Shown: in pieces, positions 1 through 10,878 of the stretch
Layout of the letters: every line of letters starts with the position of its first letter
Position numbering within the stretch: position 1 is the stretch's first letter
Origin: Burkholderiales bacterium
GTDB lineage: Bacteria; Pseudomonadota; Gammaproteobacteria; Burkholderiales; WYBJ01
Reading direction: 5' to 3'
NCBI GenBank assembly: GCA_022841915.1
Contig: JALHQN010000017.1
Coordinates: forward strand, 32,377-96,376
Length of the DNA: 64,000 nucleotides
The notes under the pieces: generated by a model
What the model was told of the DNA's origin: nothing
What the model saw: the letters and a program-made list of their open reading frames with translations, nothing else
Database searches by the model: none
Made by a program: the position numbers and the translations under genes

Positions 1-2446
1 CATGGACACGGTGTTCAACGCGGGAACCCTCGTGGGCATGACTCAGGCGCCCCTGCGCGACATCCTCGCGATGCTGCGCGAAACGTACTGCGGCACCATC
101 GGCGTCGAGTACATGTACATGAGCGACATTCCCCAGAAGCGCTGGATTCAGCAGCGCGTGGAAAGCGTCCGGTCGCGCCCGAGCTACAGCGCCGAGCAAA
201 AGCGTCGCATCCTGGAACGCCTGACGGCCGCCGAAACCCTCGAGCGCTACCTGCATGCCCGCTATGTCGGGCAAACCCGCTTTTCGCTCGAAGGCGGAGA
301 CACACTGATTCCCCAGCTCGACTATCTGCTGCAACGCTCTGGTGCTGCGGGCGTGCAGGAAGTCGTCATTGCCATGGCCCACCGTGGGCGCATCAACGTG
401 CTGGTCAACACGCTCGGCAAAATGCCGAAAGACCTGTTTGCCGAGTTCGAAGGCAAGCAGAGCGTCAAGGTGCTTGCCGGTGACGTGAAGTATCACGACG
501 GCTTCTCCTCGAACATCATGACCGGGAGCGGGCCGGTTCACGTCTCGCTCGCTTTCAATCCGTCCCACCTGGAGATCGTGAATCCGGTCGTTGCCGGCTC
601 CGTGCGCGCAAGACAGCATCGCCGCAAGGATCGCGAGGGCAAGGAAGTGATGGCCGTGACGATACACGGCGATGCCGCCTACGCGGGTCAGGGCGTCGTG
701 ATGGAAACACTGAACCTCGCACGCACGCGTGGTTTCGGCACGGGCGGCACTTTCCACCTCGTGATCAATAATCAGATCGGCTTCACGACCTCGGACGTGC
801 GCGACGCCCGTTCCACGCTGTACTGTACCGACGTATCGAAGATGATCGAGGCGCCGATCTTCCACGTGAACGCGGACGATCCGGAAGCTGTGTTGTTCGT
901 GACTGAACTCGCGCTGGATTTCCGCACCGAGTTCAAGAGCGACGTCGTGGTCGATCTGGTGTGCTATCGCCGCCTGGGCCACAACGAGCAGGATGAGCCG
1001 ATGGTCACTCAGCCGCTCATGTACAAGGCGGTTCAGAAGCATCCGACGACGCGCAAGATCTACGCCGACAAGCTTGCCGCCGAGGGCGTCATCGGTGAGG
1101 GCGAGGCCGACGAGATGGTGAAGACCTATCGCGATGCGATGGATAGCGGTCATCACACCAATCAGACCGTGCTCTCCAATTACCTCCCGCCGCACCAGAC
1201 CAACTGGCAGAAGTACACCGGCACGAAATGGAACGAAAGCGACGACACCTACGTTTCCCTAGAGACTTTGCGGATGCTGGGCGACAAGCTCACGCAGGTG
1301 CCGGTCAACATGAAGCTTCACCCGCGGGTAGAGCGCATCATCGCAGACCGCAAGTTGATGATGCAGGGCAAGCTGCCGCTCGATTGGGGGATGGCCGAGA
1401 ATCTCGCCTATGCCACCTTGCTGCACGAAGGGTATTCGGTGCGTCTGTCGGGGCAGGATGCGGGGCGGGGCACGTTCTTCCATCGTCATGCCGTACTGCA
1501 CGACCAGAATCGCGAGCGCTGGGACTCGGGCACCTACATCCCGCTGCAGCAGGTCAATCCCGGCAAGGCCGATTTCACGGTGATCGACTCCGTGCTCTCG
1601 GAAGAAGCCGTCATGGCATTCGAATACGGCTACGCCACGTCCAGCCCTGAAGAGCTGGTGATCTGGGAGGCGCAGTACGGAGATTTCGCCAACGGGGCAC
1701 AAGTGGTCATCGATCAGTTCATCGCATCGGGCGAAGTGAAATGGGGCCGCCTGTGCGGTCTCACGCTGATGCTGCCGCATGGCTACGAGGGCGCCGGTCC
1801 CGAACATTCTTCCGCGCGTCTGGAGCGGTTTCTGCAGCTTTGCGCCGACTACAACATCCAGGTGTGCGTACCCGCCACACCCGTGCAGATGTTCTTCCTG
1901 TTGCGCAGGCAAGTCATCCGCCCGTATCGCCGCCCGCTCGTGCTGTTCACTCCCAAGAGCTTGCTGCGCCACAAGGAGTCCGTGTCGCCGCTCGAGGAGT
2001 TCGAGCACAGCAAGTTCAACCCGGTCAACGACGAGTGGGACGAGGACATCGATGCGGCCAAGGTCAAGCGGGTCGTGTTCTGCAGCGGGAAGGTTTTCTT
2101 CGATCTGCGCGCCGCTCGCCGCGAGCGCGGGATCAAGGATATCGCGCTGGTGCGCATCGCCCAGCTCTATCCTTTCCCGCACGATCATGTGAAGGCGATG
2201 ATCGACAAGTACGCCAAGGCCACCGAGATCATCTGGTGCCAGGAAGAGCCCCGCAATCAAGGCGCCTGGCGCTGGGTGCAGCACTACTTGCTGCGCCACA
2301 TGCAGGGCAGCCAGAAGTTGGGGTATGCCGGACGTGCCTCGTCCGCCTCCCCGGCGGCGGGCTACAAGGCATTGCACGAGAAGCAGCTGAAAGAGTTCAT
2401 CAATGCGGCCTTGTCGGATGGCGACCTGGCCGACGTAGTCGATTAG
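1..2446 (+). CDS. sucA: 2-oxoglutarate dehydrogenase E1 (5' end lies outside the window)
   Basis: RFSLEGGD, MAHRGR, FNPSHLE, ThDP-binding HGDAA...NNQIGFTT and LPHGYEGAGPEHSSAR motifs. Confidence 0.98.
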   Translation, partial: MDTVFNAGTLVGMTQAPLRDILAMLRETYCGTIGVEYMYMSDIPQKRWIQQRVESVRSRPSYSAEQKRRILERLTAAETLERYLHARYVGQTRFSLEGGDTLIPQLDYLLQRSGAAGVQEVVIAMAHRGRINVLVNTLGKMPKDLFAEFEGKQSVKVLAGDVKYHDGFSSNIMTGSGPVHVSLAFNPSHLEIVNPVVAGSVRARQHRRKDREGKEVMAVTIHGDAAYAGQGVVMETLNLARTRGFGTGGTFHLVINNQIGFTTSDVRDARSTLYCTDVSKMIEAPIFHVNADDPEAVLFVTELALDFRTEFKSDVVVDLVCYRRLGHNEQDEPMVTQPLMYKAVQKHPTTRKIYADKLAAEGVIGEGEADEMVKTYRDAMDSGHHTNQTVLSNYLPPHQTNWQKYTGTKWNESDDTYVSLETLRMLGDKLTQVPVNMKLHPRVERIIADRKLMMQGKLPLDWGMAENLAYATLLHEGYSVRLSGQDAGRGTFFHRHAVLHDQNRERWDSGTYIPLQQVNPGKADFTVIDSVLSEEAVMAFEYGYATSSPEELVIWEAQYGDFANGAQVVIDQFIASGEVKWGRLCGLTLMLPHGYEGAGPEHSSARLERFLQLCADYNIQVCVPATPVQMFFLLRRQVIRPYRRPLVLFTPKSLLRHKESVSPLEEFEHSKFNPVNDEWDEDIDAAKVKRVVFCSGKVFFDLRAARRERGIKDIALVRIAQLYPFPHDHVKAMIDKYAKATEIIWCQEEPRNQGAWRWVQHYLLRHMQGSQKLGYAGRASSASPAAGYKALHEKQLKEFINAALSDGDLADVVD

Positions 2447-2488
2447 AGCAGCACCCGCAACGTACAAAGATAATCAGACGGAGTTGCC

Positions 2489-3721
2489 ATGCTGGTTGAA
2501 GTAAAAGTACCGCAGCTTTCTGAATCCGTGCCCGAAGCGACTCTCGTCAGCTGGCACAAGAAGGCCGGCGAGTATGTGGAACGCGATCAAAACCTGATCG
2601 ATGTCGAAACGGACAAAGTGGTTCTCGAACTGGCGGCTCCGGCCTCCGGAGTGCTGGTGAAGATCATCAAGGGCGATGGCGGTACCGTCGTCAGCAACGA
2701 AGTCATCGCCCAGATCGATACCGAAGGCAAGCGCGAATCCGCCGGACCGATTCCCGCCGAATCGAAATCGTCGATGGTGGCCGAAGCTGCACCCGAAGCG
2801 AAGGCCGCCGCAGTCATGCCGGCGGCCCGGAAACTCGCGCAGGAGAAGGGCATCGATCCGGCGCAGATCGCAGGCAGCGGGCGCGGTGGACGAGTGACCA
2901 AGGCGGATGTCATCGCCAGCGCACAGTCCGCGACGCAGGTTGCACCCGCGAGCGCCGCTGCTCCGGCGAGTGCACCCAAGGCCCAGCCCGCGGCTGTCGA
3001 CACCAGTGCCATACTCGGCGATCGGCCTCAGCAGCGTGTGCCGATGTCGCGGCTGCGCGCTCGGGTGGCTGAGCGCCTGGTGCAATCCCAGTCGACCGCG
3101 GCCATCCTCACCACGTTCAATGAAGTCAACATGCAGCCCGTGATCGACTTGCGCAATCGGTATCGCGACAAGTTCGAGAAAGAGCACGGCGTGCGGCTCG
3201 GCTTCATGTCGTTCTTCGTCAAGGCCGCGGTGGCGGCGCTGAAACGCTATCCGATCGTGAACGCCTCGATCGACGGCAACGACATCGTCTATCACGGCTT
3301 TTTCGACATCGGCATGGCGGTCTCCAGCCCGCGGGGCTTGGTGGTTCCCATCGTGCGCAATGCCGATCAGCTGTCGATTGCCGACATCGAGAAGACAATT
3401 GCCGATTTCGGTGCTCGCGCGCAGCAGGGCAAGCTGGGCATCGAGGAACTCACCGGCGGCACCTTTTCGATCTCCAACGGCGGCGTGTTCGGCTCCATGC
3501 TCTCCACGCCGATCATCAATCCGCCGCAAAGCGCGATCCTCGGCGTCCATGCGACGAAGGATCGCCCCGTGGTCGAGAATGGGCAGGTCGTGGTGCGGCC
3601 GATGAATTATCTGGCGCTGTCCTACGATCACCGCATCATCGACGGCCGCGAGGCCGTGCTGACTCTCGTTGCCATCAAGGAAGCGTTGGAAGATCCGGCG
3701 CGCATGTTGCTGGATCTGTAA
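2489..3721 (+). CDS. sucB: dihydrolipoamide succinyltransferase E2
   Basis: Lipoyl ETDKV, E3-binding [10 protein letters not shown], catalytic SYDHRIIDG. Confidence 0.98.
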   Translation: MLVEVKVPQLSESVPEATLVSWHKKAGEYVERDQNLIDVETDKVVLELAAPASGVLVKIIKGDGGTVVSNEVIAQIDTEGKRESAGPIPAESKSSMVAEAAPEAKAAAVMPAARKLAQEKGIDPAQIAGSGRGGRVTKADVIASAQSATQVAPASAAAPASAPKAQPAAVDTSAILGDRPQQRVPMSRLRARVAERLVQSQSTAAILTTFNEVNMQPVIDLRNRYRDKFEKEHGVRLGFMSFFVKAAVAALKRYPIVNASIDGNDIVYHGFFDIGMAVSSPRGLVVPIVRNADQLSIADIEKTIADFGARAQQGKLGIEELTGGTFSISNGGVFGSMLSTPIINPPQSAILGVHATKDRPVVENGQVVVRPMNYLALSYDHRIIDGREAVLTLVAIKEALEDPARMLLDL

Positions 3722-3835
3722 GCCAGGACGCGAAAAGGATAGGGGCGGCGGGCAGATCCTCTGCGATCTGACGCCCCCCCGGCTCCTCTTCCCGTCGCGA
3801 TCGATCGACCCGACGTCAAACCACACGGAATACCC

Positions 3836-5266
3836 ATGCCACAAGCCTTCGACCTCGTTGTCATCGGCGCCGGCCCCGGAGGCTATGTCGCCGCCATCCG
3901 GGCCGCGCAGCTCGGATTCAAGACTGCGTGCATCGACAACTTCAAGAACGCGGCGGGCAAGCCTTCGTTGGGCGGCACGTGCCTGAACGTCGGTTGCATT
4001 CCCTCCAAGGCCTTGCTCGAATCTTCCGAGAATTACGAGCGCGTCCAGCACAAGTTCGCTGCCCATGGCATCACCGTCAAGGATGCCAGCATCGATGTGC
4101 CCACGATGATCGCCCGCAAGCAGAAGATCGTCGATCAGTTCACCGGCGGTATTGCTGGCTTGTTCCGCAAGAACAAGGTCACGAGCCTGCACGGAACCGG
4201 CGCGTTCAAGGCGGCCGCGGCCGAGGGCTATACCATCGAAGTGACGACGGACGGCAAAGCCGAGGAGATCCAGGCCAAGCACGTGATCGTGGCGACGGGC
4301 TCGGTACCGCGGGCGCTGCCGATGGCGCCGTTCGACAATGAACTGATCCTGGACAACGCCGGAGCGCTCTCGCTCAAGCAGACGCCGAAGCGTCTGGGCG
4401 TGATCGGCGCCGGTGTGATCGGGCTCGAAATGGGCAGTGTCTGGCGCAGGCTCGGGGCCGAAGTCACGGTGCTCGAGGCGCTGCCGGGCTTTTTGCAGGC
4501 AGCCGATGAGGCTGTGGCCAAGGAAGCGCTCAAGATCTTCACCAAGGAGTTGGGCCTCGCCATTCGCACGGGCGTGACGGTGCAGTCGATCGAGAAGGGC
4601 AAGAAGAGCGTCACCGTGGCCTATGCCGTCGATGGCAAGGACGAGCGCGCGGAGTTCGACCGGCTGATCGTCGCGGTGGGGCGCGTGCCGAATACCCAAG
4701 GTCTCAATGCCGACGCGGTCGGCCTCAAGCTCGATGCGAGAGGCTTCATCGAGGTCGATGGCGACTGCCGCACGAGCCTCGCGAACGTTTATGCCATTGG
4801 CGACGTGGTGCGCGGACCGATGCTGGCCCACAAGGCGATGGAAGAGGCCGTGGCCGTGGCGGAGCGGCTGGCAGGGCAGGCGCCTCACGTCAATCTGGAC
4901 AACGTGCCGTGGGTGATCTACACCTCCCCGGAGATCGCATGGGTGGGCCGCACGGAGCAAAGCCTGCGTGATGCGGGTGTGAAGTATCGGGCCGGGCAGT
5001 TCCCTTTCCTTGCGAACGGCCGCGCGCGCGCCCTCGGCGAGCCCGCCGGTTTCGTCAAGATGCTTGCGGATGCCGATACCGACCGGATTCTGGGGGTGCA
5101 CATCATCGGCCCCTTCGCCTCGGAGTTGATTTCCGAGGCGGTCGTGGCGATGGAGTTCGGCGCCTCGTCCGAGGACATCGCGCGCATCGTGCATGCCCAT
5201 CCCTCCTTGTCGGAAGCGATGCACGAAGCTGCGCTGGCAGTCGACAAGCGCACACTGCATATCTGA
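3836..5266 (+). CDS. lpdA: dihydrolipoamide dehydrogenase E3
   Basis: [20 protein letters not shown] redox disulfide, HAHPSLSE. Confidence 0.98.
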   Translation: MPQAFDLVVIGAGPGGYVAAIRAAQLGFKTACIDNFKNAAGKPSLGGTCLNVGCIPSKALLESSENYERVQHKFAAHGITVKDASIDVPTMIARKQKIVDQFTGGIAGLFRKNKVTSLHGTGAFKAAAAEGYTIEVTTDGKAEEIQAKHVIVATGSVPRALPMAPFDNELILDNAGALSLKQTPKRLGVIGAGVIGLEMGSVWRRLGAEVTVLEALPGFLQAADEAVAKEALKIFTKELGLAIRTGVTVQSIEKGKKSVTVAYAVDGKDERAEFDRLIVAVGRVPNTQGLNADAVGLKLDARGFIEVDGDCRTSLANVYAIGDVVRGPMLAHKAMEEAVAVAERLAGQAPHVNLDNVPWVIYTSPEIAWVGRTEQSLRDAGVKYRAGQFPFLANGRARALGEPAGFVKMLADADTDRILGVHIIGPFASELISEAVVAMEFGASSEDIARIVHAHPSLSEAMHEAALAVDKRTLHI

Positions 5267-5299
5267 TCGATCGTCGGTCAGCGCAAGAATGCCCCTGCC

Positions 5300-6475
5300 A
5301 TGAACGAACGGACCGCGCAGCAGGCTGAGCCGGCATCCGTCCCGGGGGCATTGCTGAGGCCGGGCGGCGTGGCCGCCCACATGCGCGAGCATGCCCGCGG
5401 TCACGGGATCGTCCTGGATGCCGCGCAAGAATCCGCGCTGGCGCATTTTCAACGTCTGTACGACGACCTTGCGGATGCCGGGCGTCCAGAGTCCTGGTTT
5501 TCTCGTTTGCTCGGCAAGCGTCGGACGGCCGAATCTCCGCAGGGGCTTTATCTGTGGGGCGGGGTGGGACGCGGCAAGAGCTTCCTCATGGACGGATTCT
5601 TCGAGTGCGCGCCGACCACCAAGCGGCGCCAGCACTTCCATCGCTTCATGCAGGACATCCACCACCGCATGCGCGAATTGCAGGGGCAGGAGGATCCGCT
5701 GATTCTCATTGCCCGCGACATCGCCGAGCACGTGAAGCTGATCTGCCTGGACGAATTCCAGGTCACCGATATCACCGACGCCATGCTCATGCGTCGTCTG
5801 CTGGAGGGCTTGTTCGACCAGGGCGTGGTCATGATCACGACGTCGAATCTGCCCCCCGACGATCTCTACAAGCATGGTTTGCAGCGCGAGCAGTTCGTTC
5901 CAGCAATCGAATTGATCAAGCAGAAGCTCGATGTGGTGAATGTCGATTCCGGGATCGACTACCGGTTGCGCGTTCTGGAGCAGGCGGGCGTGTACCACCA
6001 CCCGCTTTCCCCGGAAATCGATGCCAGGATGGCGCGAGAGTTCGAGTCGATCGCCTCGGATCGAGGCGAGGCCGATGTCTCGCTCGACATCGAGGAGCGC
6101 GTCATTCGAGCGCGTCGCATCTGCAACGGGGTGGCGTGGTTCGAATTCGACGAATTGTGCGATGGTCCGCGCGGGCAGGCCGACTACATCGAGCTCGCAC
6201 GGCGCTATCACACCGTGCTGCTGTCGAACGTCCCCAGGCTGCGTCCCTCCAAGCTGGATGTGGCGCGCCGCTTCACTTGGCTGGTCGATGAGTTCTATGA
6301 TCGCAGGGTGAAGCTGGTGATCGCCGCGGAGGCGGCTGCGCACGAACTGTTCGAAGTCGCCGAGTCGGGGGACGCGTTCATGCGCAATCTCAATTCGTCG
6401 TTCGTCGATCGTACGGTGAGCCGGCTGATCGAGATGCAGACACACGATTACCTCGCATTGCCGCATCTGCCGTAA
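5300..6475 (+). CDS. zapE: AFG1/ZapE family ATPase
   Basis: GLYLWGGVGRGKS Walker A, HFHRFM, CLDEFQV, TTSNLPPDDLY, final RTVSRLIEMQ. Confidence 0.93.
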   Translation: MNERTAQQAEPASVPGALLRPGGVAAHMREHARGHGIVLDAAQESALAHFQRLYDDLADAGRPESWFSRLLGKRRTAESPQGLYLWGGVGRGKSFLMDGFFECAPTTKRRQHFHRFMQDIHHRMRELQGQEDPLILIARDIAEHVKLICLDEFQVTDITDAMLMRRLLEGLFDQGVVMITTSNLPPDDLYKHGLQREQFVPAIELIKQKLDVVNVDSGIDYRLRVLEQAGVYHHPLSPEIDARMAREFESIASDRGEADVSLDIEERVIRARRICNGVAWFEFDELCDGPRGQADYIELARRYHTVLLSNVPRLRPSKLDVARRFTWLVDEFYDRRVKLVIAAEAAAHELFEVAESGDAFMRNLNSSFVDRTVSRLIEMQTHDYLALPHLP

Positions 6476-6502
6476 CCGCCGCAATCCATGGAGGAGAGAC
6501 AA

Positions 6503-7495
6503 ATGAGCGAACGATTCCAGGCGCTGAGAGTGTTCGAGGAGAACGGCAAGTCCGTCGCGCGCGTCACCGAGGCGAGCCTCGATGAGCTGGATGCCGGCGA
6601 AGTCGTCATCCGGACCGCCTATTCGAGCGTGAACTACAAGGACGCGCTCGCCGTCACGGGCGCCGGCAAGGTGATACGGCGCTTTCCGTGCGTTGCCGGC
6701 ATCGATGCCGCCGGCACGGTGGTGAGCTCCTCCGATGCCCGCTTCAAGGCGGGCGATGCCGTGATCGCAACCAGCTACGACCTGAGCGTGGCTCATGACG
6801 GCGGCTTGGCGGGCTATGTGCGCGCGAAGGCCGACTGGGTCGTACCGCTGCCTGCCGGACTGACGCTGTTCGAATCGATGGCGCTGGGCACTGCGGGGTT
6901 TACCGCGGGCCTGGCCATCGAACTGGCGGAGAAGAACGACCTGGTGCCGAAGTCGGGAAAGGTGCTGGTCAATGGAGCGACCGGCGGTGTCGCGAGTCTT
7001 TGCATCGACATGCTCGGCGGGTTGGGCTACAGCGTCACTGCGTTGACCGGCAAAGGTAGCGAGACCGATTACCTCAAGGGGCTGGGAGCGAGCGAAGTCA
7101 TCGACCGGACGACCTACGAGATGGGCGGGCGTCCTCTGGAGAAGACGCTGTGGGCCGGCGCGTTCGATTCCGTCGGCGGCGAACAACTCGGGTGGCTCAC
7201 GCGCACCATGCAGCAGAGCGGGGTGATCGCGAGCTTCGGCAACGCGGGGGGGATCGAGCTCAAGACCAACGTGCTGCCGTTCATACTGCGTGGCGTGCGC
7301 CTGATCGGTGTCGATACCGGCTACACGCCGATGCCGTTGCGCCGCAAGGTCTGGGAGCGGCTGGCCACCGATCTGAAGCCGCGTCATCTGGATACGATCG
7401 CGCATACGCTCAAGCTGGCTGACGTGCCCGAGTACTGCGCACGCATGCTGAAGGGGCAAATCCGCGGCCGCGCGATCGTCGCGTTGTCCGCCTGA
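6503..7495 (+). CDS. acuI: YhdH/AcuI family acryloyl-CoA reductase (MDR superfamily)
   Basis: YSSVNYKDALA, GTAGFTAGL, GATGGV, PFILRGVRLIGVD; GGAGGAG RBS before ATG 6503. Confidence 0.85.
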   Translation: MSERFQALRVFEENGKSVARVTEASLDELDAGEVVIRTAYSSVNYKDALAVTGAGKVIRRFPCVAGIDAAGTVVSSSDARFKAGDAVIATSYDLSVAHDGGLAGYVRAKADWVVPLPAGLTLFESMALGTAGFTAGLAIELAEKNDLVPKSGKVLVNGATGGVASLCIDMLGGLGYSVTALTGKGSETDYLKGLGASEVIDRTTYEMGGRPLEKTLWAGAFDSVGGEQLGWLTRTMQQSGVIASFGNAGGIELKTNVLPFILRGVRLIGVDTGYTPMPLRRKVWERLATDLKPRHLDTIAHTLKLADVPEYCARMLKGQIRGRAIVALSA

Positions 7496-7640
7496 TCGAG
7501 CGGTTCGAACGTAGCAGTACGATCGGCTGCTGGTGTTGACGCGATCAGGACCATGAAAGAGGCAGCCCTTCGAGCCGCCTAGATCCTGTGCAGAGGGCGC
7601 CCGTCCGCTCGATTCGGGCACGAAACCCGGGAGGAGACCC

Positions 7641-9554
7641 ATGGCTGAGACCTACAACAGCTTTCATCGTCGCTCGCTGCAGGATCGCGAAGGATTCTGG
7701 CGCGAGCAGGCTGCGCTGATCGACTGGGAGCGGCCGTTCGAGCGGGTGCTCGATTACGACCGACCGCCCTTTGCCCGCTGGTTCGTCGGCGGGCGCACGA
7801 ATCTTTGCCATAACGCGGTCGATCGGCATTTGCAGGCTCGAGCCGCGCAGGCGGCGCTGATCTACATCTCGACCGAAACCGGCGTCGAGCATACGTATAC
7901 CTACGCCGAGTTGCACCGCGAAGTGAACCGGTGTGCGGCCATGCTGCAAGCTCTGGGCGTGGGCAAGGGCGATCGCGTCCTCATCTACATGCCCATGGTG
8001 CCCGAGGCGATCTTCGCCATGCTGGCGACGGTCAGGCTGGGCGCGATTCACTCGGTGGTTTTCGGAGGATTCGCCGCGCAGAGTCTGGCCGCGCGCATCG
8101 ACGATGCGCAACCGCAAGTGATCGTGACGGCGGACGCCGGCATGCGGATGGGCAAAGTCATCCCTTACAGGCCGTTGCTCGAGGAGGCGTTGCGCGCAGC
8201 CACGCATCCGCCCCGGCACATGCTGATTCTCGATCGCGGTCTCGACAAGTCGTCGGCTCGGGTTGCCGGTCGCGATATCGACTATGCCGAGTTGCGCGCC
8301 GCGCACATGAATGCGCAAGTGCCCGTGGTCTGGCTGGAATCGAACGAACCGTCCTACATCCTCTACACCTCGGGCACGACCGGCAAGCCCAAGGGCGTGC
8401 AGCGCGACACCGGCGGGCATGCGGTCTCGATGGTTGCCTCGATGAAGCATATCTACTGCGGCGAACCGGGAGAGACCTACTTCGCGACCTCGGACATCGG
8501 CTGGGTGGTCGGGCATTCGTATATCGTTTATGCCCCATTGCTGCGAGGCATGGCGAGCGTCGTTTATGAAGGGGTGCCGATCCGGCCCGATCCGGGTGTG
8601 TGGTGGAAGATCGTCCAGGATCACAAGGTGTCGGTGATGTTCTCCGCGCCGACCGCGATCCGGGTGCTGAAGAAGCACGATCAGTCCTATCTTAGAAGAT
8701 ACGACCTCGGGTCGCTGAAACACCTATTCCTTGCTGGCGAGCCCTTGGACGAGCCGACAGCGCGCTGGATCGCCGACGCCCTGCAGCGACCCGTGATCGA
8801 CCACTACTGGCAGACCGAGACCGGATGGTCGATCCTGGCCGCCTATCCCGGCGTCGAAAAGACGCCCATCAAGTTCGGCAGTCCGAGCTTTCCGGCCTAT
8901 GGATACGATGTCCGTCTGTTGCACGAGGGGACCGGGGAGGAGGTGGCGGACAACGAGAAGGGTGTCGTGGCGATCGTGCCGCCGTTGCCGCCAGGGTGTC
9001 TGACGACCGTTTGGGGTCAGGACGATCGTTTCGTCCAGACCTACTTCACCAGCTTTCCGGGCAAGCAGGTGTACTCGACGTTTGACTGGGGCATCCGCGA
9101 CGCGGAAGGCTATTACTACATCCTTGGACGGACCGACGACGTCATCAACGTCGCCGGCCATCGCCTGGGCACACGCGAGATCGAAGAGGCCGTGTGCTCG
9201 CATCCCAATATCGCGGAAGTGGCCGTGGTCGGCGTCGCGGACAAGCTCAAGGGTCAGGTTCCGTTCGCATTCGCCGTCGTGAAGGATGCTTCGCACTTGA
9301 ATTCCGACGCCGCGCACGCGGTGCTCGAACGCGAAGTCCTGGACGTCGTCGACAAGCACTTGGGCGCCATCGGTCGTCCGGCGCATGTCTTCTTCGTCAA
9401 CATGCTGCCCAAGACGCGCTCGGGCAAGGTCTTGCGGCGCAGTATCCAGGCGCTTGCCGAGGGCAGAGATCCCGGAGACATGACGACGCTCGACGATCCG
9501 GCGGGCATCGAACAGATCCGCGCTGCCATCGATGCGCTGAACGCTCCGCGATAG
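7641..9554 (+). CDS. prpE: propionate--CoA ligase
   Basis: [47 protein letters not shown]; GGAGG RBS. Confidence 0.9.
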   Translation: MAETYNSFHRRSLQDREGFWREQAALIDWERPFERVLDYDRPPFARWFVGGRTNLCHNAVDRHLQARAAQAALIYISTETGVEHTYTYAELHREVNRCAAMLQALGVGKGDRVLIYMPMVPEAIFAMLATVRLGAIHSVVFGGFAAQSLAARIDDAQPQVIVTADAGMRMGKVIPYRPLLEEALRAATHPPRHMLILDRGLDKSSARVAGRDIDYAELRAAHMNAQVPVVWLESNEPSYILYTSGTTGKPKGVQRDTGGHAVSMVASMKHIYCGEPGETYFATSDIGWVVGHSYIVYAPLLRGMASVVYEGVPIRPDPGVWWKIVQDHKVSVMFSAPTAIRVLKKHDQSYLRRYDLGSLKHLFLAGEPLDEPTARWIADALQRPVIDHYWQTETGWSILAAYPGVEKTPIKFGSPSFPAYGYDVRLLHEGTGEEVADNEKGVVAIVPPLPPGCLTTVWGQDDRFVQTYFTSFPGKQVYSTFDWGIRDAEGYYYILGRTDDVINVAGHRLGTREIEEAVCSHPNIAEVAVVGVADKLKGQVPFAFAVVKDASHLNSDAAHAVLEREVLDVVDKHLGAIGRPAHVFFVNMLPKTRSGKVLRRSIQALAEGRDPGDMTTLDDPAGIEQIRAAIDALNAPR

Positions 9555-9641
9555 AAGCTTCATGCCGAGAGGCCCAGGTGCGTTGCAAGTCGCGCCGCAA
9601 GTCTCGGCGTGCCGCCGGGCAACGGCGCTGCGCCAGCTTGC

Positions 9642-9989
9642 TCAGCGGGCGGAGCGGGCATGCCAGGGCCAGCGTCCCTCCAGTTCGACCTCGAGCGCGA
9701 TGCTGAGGAAAGTCCGTATCAGCACGATGATCCCCAGCGTGACGGCGTTCTCCAACGTCGGCGCGATGGCGACGGTGCGGATGATGTCGGCGGCAACGAG
9801 GAATTCCAGGCCGAGCAGGATGCCTTTACCCAGATCCTGCCGGAAGTTGCGATAGGCATCGCCGGGCGCGATCGCAAAGGCCCGTGCATACCGAAAGAGT
9901 GCCACCAACATGCCGATCCCGATGACCGCGACTCCCGCCGCATCGATGGCCAGTGCTACCAGTTCGATCGCCTCGTTGAAGGATTCCAT
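9642..9989 (-). CDS. DUF1622 family membrane protein
   Basis: LGKGILLGLEFLVAADIIRTV, IVLIRTFLS and EGRWPW signature. Confidence 0.85.
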   Translation of the reverse strand: MESFNEAIELVALAIDAAGVAVIGIGMLVALFRYARAFAIAPGDAYRNFRQDLGKGILLGLEFLVAADIIRTVAIAPTLENAVTLGIIVLIRTFLSIALEVELEGRWPWHARSAR

Positions 9990-10065
9990 GATCGCTTTCC
10001 CGGATTGGGTGCTGGATGCTCGCCTCGCATGCTCGTGGACGACATGACGTGGTTCGGCCGTGCGT

Positions 10066-10374
10066 CTACAACGTCTCGATGAGGGTCGCTCGCACGAGGA
10101 TTTCCTTTTGGCGAAAACGCTCGCGCAGACCCATGCGGTAGTTCGCCCATCAGTCCCGTTCGAGGCTGTCTGTCATGACCTCGACGACCACCATGGCGTC
10201 ATGCCAAACGCGGCCATCGCCGCCCCGCCATGTTCCGTCGGCCGGCGCGTGCGCATACAAAGTGGCCCCGCCGAATCGATCCGTCAGTTCGCTGCGGACC
10301 CGTTGAAACTGGGCCTGCGCGATGGCCTGGTTTGCGTTGTCGTAGAGCGGCAGCAGTAGCTGGACGAGATGCAT
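10066..10374 (-). pseudogene. small conserved hypothetical protein (MHLVQLLLPLYDN... family) with an in-frame TGA at 10150-10152
   Basis: The frame continues past TGA: ...SLERD*WANYRMGLRERFRQKEILVRATLIETL-TAG (10066-10068), which resembles the C-terminus I recall for this family (..WW..YR..L..RFRQ.E..VRA). Confidence 0.65.
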
Positions 10375-10676
10375 GCTGCGGCTCCATCACGAATCATGCC
10401 TGAGGGACGCCTGCGCCGTACGCGTCACGTAGGAAGCTTCGTTTCACTGGCTGGCCTTCGCGCGCGCCGCAGGCCCATTCTAGGGCGAAGCCGTGTACGA
10501 AGGGATGGATGAACGCGGCAGGCGTCGGGGATCACTGCTGTCTTTAAGGCATGGATGGCAGACGTTGCGGCTTTCGTATAACCGCGTCGGGCTGCGCTAC
10601 GACTGTCGAATCATGCCGGGCCTCGGTGCCAGTCGGCTTGCCAAACACGAACGCCCCAGGGCGGGACGTCGGTCTG

Positions 10677-10766
10677 TGGCGGAGAGAGTGGGATTCGAAC
10701 CCACGATACGTTTACACGTATACACACTTTCCAGGCGTGCGCCTTCGACCGCTCGGCCATCTCTCC
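10677..10766 (-). tRNA. tRNA-Ser(GGA)
   Basis: GGAGAGATGGCCGAGCGG...CTGGAAA anticodon loop, long variable arm, GGTTCGAATCC, CCA end; TAGAAT -10 and GC-rich discriminator upstream. Confidence 0.97.
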
Positions 10767-10878
10767 GTGGGGCGCATTCTAGCAGAAGCCAGGCTATTCA
10801 TTGCCAGGTCCGAATACCTGCAATACGTGCTTCGGGTGGGCTCGACAGTCTTGCGCCCACCTGCTGAGGCTCCGCCGA

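Noticed and set aside
3742-3780. Hairpin between sucB and lpdA as a terminator or REP
   Set aside because: No U-tract and no second copy noticed; at most an mRNA stability element.
2474-7642. 1722-aa minus-strand ORF and other long antisense ORFs (e.g. 30785..32557, 11566..13023)
   Set aside because: Shadow frames of well-conserved genes in high-GC DNA; no recognisable motifs.
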